From positions 119,886 through 183,885 of the forward strand of contig CAWBYX010000028.1 of NCBI GenBank assembly GCA_963793135.1: 64,000 nucleotides of DNA, written 5' to 3'. The stretch's first letter is position 1, and the number at the start of each line of letters is the position of its first letter. The DNA comes from an uncultured Verrucomicrobiae bacterium. Lineage in GTDB: Bacteria > Verrucomicrobiota > Verrucomicrobiia > Chthoniobacterales > JAFAMB01. Positions 8,099 through 16,006 of this stretch are shown in pieces. The position numbers and the translations under genes are program-made. A model generated the notes under the pieces. The model saw only the letters and a program-made list of their open reading frames with translations, did no database searches and was not told the DNA's origin.

Positions 8099-11000
8099 TC
8101 AGGACAGCAACTCGGTGAGTTTTGTCCGGAGGATTTCCTCATCTCGAACCGAGTAGCCTGGATCAGCCTTCAGGCGGACCTCGTGGCCGTCGAGCGAATG
8201 GAAACGCAGATAAAGCGGCTGTGCCCCTGGGAATTGGCAGACCAGGTCGCGGATGGCGATCAAACGTTCTTCATCGACCTTTTCCATAGAGATGTCGATT
8301 GTCAGGGCCTTGGTTGACTTTCGGCTGTTCAGTGGCCCGATTTCATTTGCCACGATCCGGATGTTTTCCTCCCGCTTGTCCAATTTCCCGGTGATCGCGA
8401 CAATTCTTCCTTTATCAATCTGTTTGGCTGCTTTCGCGTAGACCTCTCCCCAAACCATGACCTCGACGGATCCGGTAAAGTCTTCAACCGTCAGGATGGC
8501 AAACGGCTTTCCCTCTTTGCGGGTAAGCTTCTTGTCAAAGGCAGAGATCGAACCGGCAATTTTGGCTGTGCCCTTGTCCTCCTGTTCGGCTAGATCACTG
8601 ATTTTCGTATACCCTCCTCCCTCGATACTCTCTCGATAGGCGTCCAGCGGATGTCCGGTTACGTAGAAGCCCAAGAGGTCTCTTTCATGCCCTAGCTTTT
8701 CGGCGATCGACCAAGGCGTGAAATGGACTTTGTCACCGTTTGCTTTTGGAGTCGCCGCCATCTCCAGCTCGCCAAATAACGAAACCTGGCCGCTTCGTCT
8801 GTCCCTGTGCGCGGAGGCACCGGCGGACAAAGCTTGATCGATTCCCTCAAACAGTTCCGCACGATCTTTCCCGGTGAAATCGAAGGCTCCAGCCCGGATC
8901 AGATTTTCCAGGATCTTGCGGTTGACCGACTTGGAATCCAGGCGGCTGCAGTAATCCTCGACAGATTTGAACGGACCATTCTTTTGACGTTCGATGATCG
9001 CAGATTCCATGGCGGCTTCGCCGATATTTTTGATCGCGGCGAGACCGTATCGAATACCCCGCTGCTCGGCGTGCGTTTCAGGGACAAACTTTAAATGGCT
9101 CCGGTTGACGTCCGGGGCCAGAATCGATATCCCGAGTCTCTGGCATTCCGCGACAAAGACGGCAATTTTATCCGTGTTGTTAACTTCGTTGCTGAGTAGT
9201 CCGGCCATGAATTCAACCGGATAATTCGCTTTCAGATAAGCGGTTCGATAGCTGATCAACCCATAAGCGGCGCTGTGACTCTTATTGAAACCGTATCCGG
9301 CGAACTTTTCGAGGAGATCGAAAATGGCATTGGCTTTCTTTTCGTCGATGCCGTTTACCCGAGCGCATCCCGCGATAAAGTTGACGCGTTCCTTCGCCAT
9401 CTTCACCTTGTCCTTTTTCCCCATCGCTCGCCGGAGAAGATCGGCCTGACCAAGGGTGTATCCGGCCAGAACGTTCGCTGCACGCTGGACCTGTTCCTGG
9501 TAGATCATGATCCCGTACGTATTGGCGCAGACCTCTTTCAGCAGCGGATGCTCATATTTGATTTTGGTCTGGCCCTTCTTGCGCTTGATGTAGTCGGGAA
9601 TCAGCTCCATGGGGCCGGGGCGATAGAGCGCGATCAGGGCGATGATATCGTCGATACTATTGACATCGAACTGTTTGCAGAGATTCACCATTCCCCCGGA
9701 TTCCAACTGAAACACGCCAATCGTTTCGCCGCGATTGAGCAGTTCAAACGTAGGTCGATCATCGAGTGGCAGCGCTTCGAGTGAAAAATCCGGGTGCCGA
9801 TCCCGAATCAGGGCCGTTGCATCCTGCAGAACCGTGAGTGTTTTAAGCCCAAGGAAATCCATCTTCAACATGCCCAGGTCCGTGAGCGGGCCCATCGCAT
9901 ACTGGGTCACGACTTCATCGTCGTTGCCGCGGCAAAGAGGAATGTAGTTGTCGAGCGGACGATCGCCGATCACCACGCCCGCAGCGTGAATACCGGTGTT
10001 CCGAGTCAGACCTTCCAGAACGGTCGCGTAGCTCCAAAGTTGCTGCGTGCTCTCTTCGGTTTCGACGGCTTGCTTCAATTCCGGGTTCTTCTCAAAAGCG
10101 CCTTTCAGCGTGATCCCGAGTTCGTTCGGGATCATCTTTGCGATGCGATCGCCATCCGAATAACTGAGGCCCATCACCCGGCCAACGTCTCGAACCACGC
10201 TCTTGGCCCCTAGCGTGCCAAAGGTGATAATCTGCGAGACTGCGCGCGCACCATACTTTCGCCGCACGTACTCAATCACTTCACCTCTTCGGTTCTGGCA
10301 GAAATCGACATCGATATCTGGCGGGCTCACACGTTCCGGATTGAGAAACCGCTCGAAAATCAGCTCAAATCGCAGCGGGTCAAGATCGGTGATCCCCAGG
10401 ACATAGGCTGCGAGCGATCCTGCCGCGGAGCCGCGTCCGGGCCCCACCGGGATGCCATGTTGTTTTGCGTAATGGATAAAATCCCAGACAATGAGGAAAT
10501 AGCTGACGAATCCGGCCTTCTCCAGGACCGATAGTTCATATCCTAAGCGTTGCCGAAGTTCCTGGTCGGTTTCGGCTCGGTCCCCGTATCGCTCTCGCAA
10601 ACCGCTCTCGCAAAGCTCGCGAAGGTATCCTTCACGCGTTTTCCCTTCCGGCGGCGCGTAATCCGGGTATTTCGAAACGCCAAACTCAAGTTTGAGATCG
10701 CAGGCTTCCGCGATGCGAAGCGTGTTGGTCAGGGCTTCTGGAAGGTCGCGAAAAATGGCCCGCATTTCCTCTGCAGATTTGAAATAGACTTCGGTCGGAT
10801 AATGCATCCGGCGTTCGTCGTGGACCATTGACCCGGTGCCGATACAGATCATGACGTCGTGCGCTTCATGATGGGATCGCTCCAGAAAGTGGACATCGTT
10901 TGCAGCCACCAAGGGGAGTTCCATTTTCTTGGAAATCTCCAGAAGCGCTCGGTTACAGAGGTGTTGCGCCTCCAGTCCGTGATCATGAAGTTCGAGATAA

Positions 11001-11521
11001 AAGTTTTCCGGTCCGAATATTTCGGCGAAATCGGCGGCGGATTTCTGTGCCTTACTCAGGTCGCCCGCCTGGATCGCCATATTGATTTCGCCTTTCAAGC
11101 AGGCGCTCATACCGATCAGTCCCTCGCTGTGCTTCGCGAGTAACTCTTTGTCGATCCGTGGCTTATAGTGGAAACCTTCGAGATGCGCGGCGGAGACGAG
11201 TTTCACCAGATTGTGATAACCGCGAAGGTTCTTTGCCAGCAGGGTGAAGTGGAAGGCGGCGTCGCGGGCAGATGAAGCGCTTTTGTCGATCATCGAGCCG
11301 GGTGCCATGTAGACTTCGCATCCGATAATGGGTTTTACGGCTGCCTTCTCGGCCGCCTGATAGAACTCGATCGCACCGTAAAGGTTGCCATGATCGGTCA
11401 TCGCCACAGCGGGCATCCCTAACTCGGCTGCCTTTTTCATCAGATCGGGTATCCGAATAGCGCCATCCAGGAGCGAGTATTCCGTATGAAGATGGAGGTG
11501 GACGAATGGGTCGGTCGACAT
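8099..11521 (-). CDS. dnaE: DNA polymerase III alpha subunit
   Basis: 1140 aa, intact. PHP domain HLHLHTEYSLLDGA, polymerase core, and a C-terminal OB fold. Confidence 0.97.
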   Translation of the reverse strand: MSTDPFVHLHLHTEYSLLDGAIRIPDLMKKAAELGMPAVAMTDHGNLYGAIEFYQAAEKAAVKPIIGCEVYMAPGSMIDKSASSARDAAFHFTLLAKNLRGYHNLVKLVSAAHLEGFHYKPRIDKELLAKHSEGLIGMSACLKGEINMAIQAGDLSKAQKSAADFAEIFGPENFYLELHDHGLEAQHLCNRALLEISKKMELPLVAANDVHFLERSHHEAHDVMICIGTGSMVHDERRMHYPTEVYFKSAEEMRAIFRDLPEALTNTLRIAEACDLKLEFGVSKYPDYAPPEGKTREGYLRELCESGLRERYGDRAETDQELRQRLGYELSVLEKAGFVSYFLIVWDFIHYAKQHGIPVGPGRGSAAGSLAAYVLGITDLDPLRFELIFERFLNPERVSPPDIDVDFCQNRRGEVIEYVRRKYGARAVSQIITFGTLGAKSVVRDVGRVMGLSYSDGDRIAKMIPNELGITLKGAFEKNPELKQAVETEESTQQLWSYATVLEGLTRNTGIHAAGVVIGDRPLDNYIPLCRGNDDEVVTQYAMGPLTDLGMLKMDFLGLKTLTVLQDATALIRDRHPDFSLEALPLDDRPTFELLNRGETIGVFQLESGGMVNLCKQFDVNSIDDIIALIALYRPGPMELIPDYIKRKKGQTKIKYEHPLLKEVCANTYGIMIYQEQVQRAANVLAGYTLGQADLLRRAMGKKDKVKMAKERVNFIAGCARVNGIDEKKANAIFDLLEKFAGYGFNKSHSAAYGLISYRTAYLKANYPVEFMAGLLSNEVNNTDKIAVFVAECQRLGISILAPDVNRSHLKFVPETHAEQRGIRYGLAAIKNIGEAAMESAIIERQKNGPFKSVEDYCSRLDSKSVNRKILENLIRAGAFDFTGKDRAELFEGIDQALSAGASAHRDRRSGQVSLFGELEMAATPKANGDKVHFTPWSIAEKLGHERDLLGFYVTGHPLDAYRESIEGGGYTKISDLAEQEDKGTAKIAGSISAFDKKLTRKEGKPFAILTVEDFTGSVEVMVWGEVYAKAAKQIDKGRIVAITGKLDKREENIRIVANEIGPLNSRKSTKALTIDISMEKVDEERLIAIRDLVCQFPGAQPLYLRFHSLDGHEVRLKADPGYSVRDEEILRTKLTELLS

Positions 11522-11608
11522 TGGAACCTAACCTACCCGCTCCGGGCCTCTCCATCAACGGCGCGGGTTTGGCATTTCCGTATTTTGTGGCAGACTAGAG
11601 CCTCTCAA

Positions 11609-11690
11609 GCCGAGGTGGCGAAATTGGCAGACGCGCCAGACTTAGGATCTGGTGGAGCAATCCTTAGGGGTTCGAGTCCCCTCCTCGGTA
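11609..11690 (+). tRNA. tRNA-Leu (anticodon UAG), long variable arm, no encoded CCA
   Basis: Hand-folded: acceptor GCCGAGG/CCTCGGT (position 1-72 is G.U), D arm GCG..CGC, anticodon stem CCAGA/TCTGG with loop CTTAGGA, variable arm GGAGCAATCC, T arm AGGGG-TTCGAGT-CCCCT. Confidence 0.85.
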
Positions 11691-11945
11691 AAGACTTACT
11701 CTGGAGAACTTCCTTCCTTGCCAGTTTACGGCAGCGGCAATTTTGCTATAACTAGACCGAATGGCATTTTGCTGGACTGGCTATTGCGGTTGCTGTTTAT
11801 ATTAAAAAGTGCGGATAATTTTGGAAATAACACTATTGAAGACGTCATCTCAAAAGGCGCAACTTAGGTTGGACCTTCACGAAGCCACGGCTAGAACTAT
11901 CTCGCCTTCAAACGGGGAAAGGTCTTTGATGCCGCAGGAGGCAAA

Positions 11946-12497
11946 ATGAAAATAGGACGGCACTTTGGAATTGCTCTTCTCGCCATCCTCGTGGTCGCCG
12001 GAGTTTCGTCTTGTTGTTCAATAAGAAGCTATCTGGCTTTTCGTGACATCGGGCCGGACGCAATATTCCAGCCAAAGGCTTCGTCGGTGTACGTGACGCT
12101 GATTTTGCGCAATATTTCGCCTTCTGCCGTTATCGATTGGAAAGTCGCGTCCGAACAAATGTGCACACATTCCACTGGCAGGATAAGAGGAGATATCGGG
12201 TCTTTTGAGCAGACCTGGGATATGGGCACTCCAGAACAGCGTATCTGGTTCTGGTGGGATACTTTGTGGGGCGAGGCTGACGCTACTGTCATGGTGAACA
12301 ACATCGTACTATTCCAAGGTCATTGCGTTAATTCTAGCTACGGCAAAGTCTCAATGATCGCGACGTGCATCGATCCTCAAGACTATAAGACGGGGGGTAC
12401 GGGACCTTTTCTCAAAGAGCCGATAGGCCTGAATGAAACCAATATCGTTTTCGCCACTTCGGGTCTGCCTCCGCGCTTCGGAACGATTGGCAACTAG
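11946..12497 (+). CDS. Hypothetical lipoprotein (orphan)
   Basis: Signal peptide plus lipobox ...LVVAGVSSC. No family recognised. Confidence 0.5.
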   Translation: MKIGRHFGIALLAILVVAGVSSCCSIRSYLAFRDIGPDAIFQPKASSVYVTLILRNISPSAVIDWKVASEQMCTHSTGRIRGDIGSFEQTWDMGTPEQRIWFWWDTLWGEADATVMVNNIVLFQGHCVNSSYGKVSMIATCIDPQDYKTGGTGPFLKEPIGLNETNIVFATSGLPPRFGTIGN

Positions 12498-12640
12498 TGC
12501 TTAGTTGCCTGCTGACTAAGTAATGATCGAATAGCCGTTTCGAATGCGGGCGATACGGGGGCATGCCGATTTTCAGCGAAGCTTTTCATCTTGCCATCGC
12601 CGGTTTTTCCTGGTCAAAAGCGAAGACGCCCTTCAGCTCA

Positions 12641-13060
12641 ATGAACAGCAAGATCTTTCTTTTCCTCGTTTTATTTCTGATCGCAGGTTCCGGCTTTGCC
12701 GAAGATGCGATGAAATTCGTTTCGCCGGACAAGTCGACGACACTTGTGATAGACAAATCCGGCAAAAGAGACGTTGCCGAGTTGCAGTCCGGGAAGAGAG
12801 TGCATCGGCTCTTTTATGAGGATCTAGACTCCATTTTCAAGCCGAAGCTCGCGGAGGCGTTTGGCGCCTCTCTAGACAAAGTTGGGAAGATTGTGCTCCC
12901 GACATTTACCAGCGCGCGCTGGATCTCTGCAGACGAAGTGGAAATTAAAGGGGAATCAGTCGTGATCATTAACGACGGCGACGGTGATGAATTCACTTTT
13001 ACAGCGTCGGTTTCGAAGTCGGGCAACGTGAAACAGTTAACGGTGACTCCGAAGAAATAG
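12641..13060 (+). CDS. Hypothetical secreted protein (orphan)
   Basis: The internal start MNSKIFLFLVLFLIAGSGFAED gives a clean signal peptide. The ORF-track start at 12563 is probably too far upstream. Confidence 0.45.
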   Translation: MNSKIFLFLVLFLIAGSGFAEDAMKFVSPDKSTTLVIDKSGKRDVAELQSGKRVHRLFYEDLDSIFKPKLAEAFGASLDKVGKIVLPTFTSARWISADEVEIKGESVVIINDGDGDEFTFTASVSKSGNVKQLTVTPKK

Positions 13061-13160
13061 TGTCGGTGCCAGTGCCAGTGTCAGTGGGAATGGAAACGTG
13101 CCTGGAAAAGGCGCCTTTGCCCCTCATTTAAGGATCACTTTACCGCTGATCTCCGTGTTC

Positions 13161-13427
13161 TTACTCCAGATGATTTCTTTTTAAAATGCCTCTCAGCGTT
13201 TCGTTGAATTTCAATACGGCCTCGTCTTGCTCTTCGATCCGACTAAGACTCATAAAAAGGAGCTGCTCGCCGTGAGGTGAAGAGTTCACGAGATGCTTAA
13301 AAAGAGTCGCCAAATCTTTGACATCCGTTTCAAGTTGCCGAAGCCGCTCGCCGTAGTCGCCTGGCTCTTTTGGTTGCGATCCTTGGATCTGTTCCCAATC
13401 GTCCGATCGTTGCTTTTCTTCAGACAT
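13161..13427 (-). CDS. Small hypothetical protein (88 aa, charged, probably helical)
   Basis: ORF only; divergent from the UPF0303-like gene. Confidence 0.3.
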   Translation of the reverse strand: MSEEKQRSDDWEQIQGSQPKEPGDYGERLRQLETDVKDLATLFKHLVNSSPHGEQLLFMSLSRIEEQDEAVLKFNETLRGILKRNHLE

Positions 13428-13512
13428 AGGCGCGAGTATGCCATTTCGGTAAGAGGTGGCAAAGCTGATTGGTGAGGTTTTATTGCGGAAAGCAGGTTAG
13501 AATCTTCGCCCG

Positions 13513-14017
13513 ATGAACCTGAACCGAGATCTTGAGATAATTGCAAAGCAGGAGCGGGAACTGGTGTTCCCTGAATTCGACGAAGAGACTGCCTGGAAGC
13601 TGGGATCGAGATTGCGCGAACTGGCGTTGGCCCGGCGGTTACCGGTAGCGATTGAGATAAAGCGAATTGGCCAACCGCTCTTCTACAGCGCCTATGGGCG
13701 GCAGCACTCCGGATAATGCGGAATGGGTAAGGCGCAAAGGTAACATCGTGGTGCGTTTCCACCGAAGTTCGTACGCGATCGGCTTAGAGCTGAAACGTAC
13801 CAACTCGACCCTGGCCGAAAAGTTCGAGCTCCCGTCGGCGGACTATGCCTCGCATGGTGGATCGTTCCCCTTGAAGGTGGCTGGAGCCGGGATAATCGGT
13901 TCCGTAACGGTATCCGGGCTCCCACAGCGGGCGGACCACGAGTTGGTGGTGGAAGTTCTTTGCGAACTGCTGGGGAGAGATGGCCTGGACTTTGCTTTAC
14001 CGAGCCAGGAAGAGTGA
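13513..14017 (+). CDS. UPF0303 / GlcG-HbpS-like (haem-degrading-domain) protein, interrupted by an apparent 1-nt frameshift near 13693
   Basis: Two overlapping ORFs (13513..13716, 13667..14017) join as ...IGQPLFYSA|[17 protein letters not shown]...SHGGSFPL...[19 protein letters not shown]. Confidence 0.6.
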
Positions 14018-14034
14018 TGAGTGAGGAGTATGCT

Positions 14035-14176
14035 GGAGTTCAGGAGTTGCAGGAGTTCAGGACGATTCAGATCAGAAAAGATGAGTGGCAAATCAAGATT
14101 TTCTCGCAGGACATCCTCGACGGTACCGATCGCTCCCGATTCTGCAACTCCTGAACTCCTGCAACTCCTGAACTCC
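14035..14176. repeat. Perfect 28-bp inverted repeat (arms 14035-14062 and 14149-14176, 86-nt loop) between convergent genes
   Basis: The left arm 'ggagttcaggagttgcaggagttcagga' is the exact reverse complement of the right arm 'tcctgaactcctgcaactcctgaactcc'. The arms are themselves 8/9-nt periodic. Confidence 0.9.
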
Positions 14177-14183
14177 TGCTTTA

Positions 14184-14420
14184 TCACCCCGTCTGATTCT
14201 GAATCTCGGTGAATGTCACGGAGGTGACGTCGACGCCGGTGGTCTGATCCGGACTTAGAATCTCAATCCAGCCCGGAGCTATCTCTACGACCAATCGACT
14301 GTACGGGCTAACCCAAGCCTGCTCGCGGCTGACAATATGGATCGAATTGCCACCGGTGCGGTGGATCGTAAACGGGTGCCAATCTTTGGCCTTCAATAGG
14401 TCCCTGATCCGATCAATCAT
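14184..14420 (-). CDS. Small hypothetical protein (78 aa)
   Basis: ORF only. Confidence 0.3.
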   Translation of the reverse strand: MIDRIRDLLKAKDWHPFTIHRTGGNSIHIVSREQAWVSPYSRLVVEIAPGWIEILSPDQTTGVDVTSVTFTEIQNQTG

Positions 14421-14672
14421 GAGTTATGGCTAATCCTAAAAGCGTTTGGATACAAGCCTTGTACTGACCATTTTGGTCCTCGCCATTCTCTTTGGGTAAC
14501 TTGATTTGCCGGTCCATTTTGCGCGGCGCTCGGCTAGAAAAAAGAAGGCATCGCACAGAGGTTCACCAAGGACACAGAGGAGATCGAACAAATGGCGCTT
14601 CTCCTAAACGGGCCTTAAATGGCGGGACGCGTCCTGCAGCCGCCCGAAGACGAAAGTTCAACGGTTCAAAAT

Positions 14673-15851
14673 TCAGGAGACCAATCTCCTAGAGCCCGGG
14701 GCGTATCTGAAACCGCTCAATCGAGGTAACTCGTGGAGCCCTTTGGCGAGGAGCAAGAATTTGAAAGCCATACCCATGTTCCCAGGATGCATCAGCGTTC
14801 GGTACGGTCCGAGAAATGCCGTGTGAGCCGATGCCAATCCGCCGGTTTGGACCTCCTTTTCAAGCGCCAGGAGCCGCGACTCGCCTGCGCCGACCATAAA
14901 ATGGTGCTGGTCGAGATACCCGGCCACGCGGAGAGAAACTTTTTCAGCAGCTTCGGCAAGCGATGTAAAATCGACATGGGTCGTAATGTCGATTTCTCCC
15001 GGGCGCTCCAGCGGATTGTAAGACCGCCGGTGTCTCGAATAACAGGACAGCGTGCCCTCCGTGCGTTCCGGCTGATAGTATTCGTCACGCGAGAATCCGT
15101 AATCGACAATCAACACAAATCCCTGCTCGAGTCTGGTATTGACTGCCTGGATCCAACGGTTGGCTGCCAGGTTCACTTCGGTTCTGTACGGTGGCGTAAC
15201 AGGCACTGGAATTTTATCAATGGCCTGAACCAGTTCCGGCGCTTCGATCTTCGCGGGAACGAAGCAGAAATCTCTCTCGGAAATATCCACCCAAAGTTCT
15301 GACCATTCGCCGTCTCGGTAGAGGACTATGTGGACAGGCATGGCATCCACCAGTTCATTCGAGATGAAGGCACCGATGACGTTATCCAGATCGTGTAACC
15401 CGGTCAGCCATGTTACTTTCTCGAGAATGGTGGGTTCCATCCGTGCCCGTTGTTGAAGCTGCTTGTTGGGTATCGGCTCCAGGATGGTGTAGCGAATGCA
15501 GGCGGCGGCTTCGATGCATTCTTTTGTGATTGCGGACAAGATATCGACTGCCAGTTGGCCATCTTCGGCCCCTTCTTCGACGATGGTGAACCGTGGCGGG
15601 TTGCCAAGGAGCTTCCACATCTCGATGAGCTGAGAAGCCAATAACTCCCCGTAGAGCGGGCCGACACTGACATTGGTGTAGTAGTCTCCTTGCCGGCCGA
15701 TCCGGAGACGTGTCGACGCGTAATAGCCGTATTCCGGGTGGTACAACGCCTGCTCCATAAACCAGGGAAAAGGGACGGGGCCGTATCGACGGAGATGGTT
15801 CCGGATGAGGTTGACGAGCGGCGAAGATCCTGGCATCGGGCAGCGGAGCAT
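14673..15851 (-). CDS. MidA/NDUFAF7-family (DUF185) SAM-dependent methyltransferase
   Basis: YGPVPFPWFMEQALYHPEYGYYAS...IGRQGDYYTNVSVGPLYGELLA...IVEEGAEDGQLA is typical of this family. Confidence 0.8.
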   Translation of the reverse strand: MLRCPMPGSSPLVNLIRNHLRRYGPVPFPWFMEQALYHPEYGYYASTRLRIGRQGDYYTNVSVGPLYGELLASQLIEMWKLLGNPPRFTIVEEGAEDGQLAVDILSAITKECIEAAACIRYTILEPIPNKQLQQRARMEPTILEKVTWLTGLHDLDNVIGAFISNELVDAMPVHIVLYRDGEWSELWVDISERDFCFVPAKIEAPELVQAIDKIPVPVTPPYRTEVNLAANRWIQAVNTRLEQGFVLIVDYGFSRDEYYQPERTEGTLSCYSRHRRSYNPLERPGEIDITTHVDFTSLAEAAEKVSLRVAGYLDQHHFMVGAGESRLLALEKEVQTGGLASAHTAFLGPYRTLMHPGNMGMAFKFLLLAKGLHELPRLSGFRYAPGSRRLVS

Positions 15852-16006
15852 TCGACAATGGAAAAATCGATCGGATAGTCAAACGAAAATCCTGGATAAA
15901 GCCGGACTGGTGTTTCTAAATTTTCCATTTGATCCGGGCGGCGGGTCGTGAAAGGGGTTGGTCCGCGCCTTTGTACATTCGACCGCGCCTTTATGATGAG
16001 TGAACC

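Noticed and set aside
11691-13160. Intact integrative island at tRNA-Leu
   Set aside because: No integrase, no direct repeat of the tRNA 3' end, and only two small orphan genes. I kept it only as a low-interest note.
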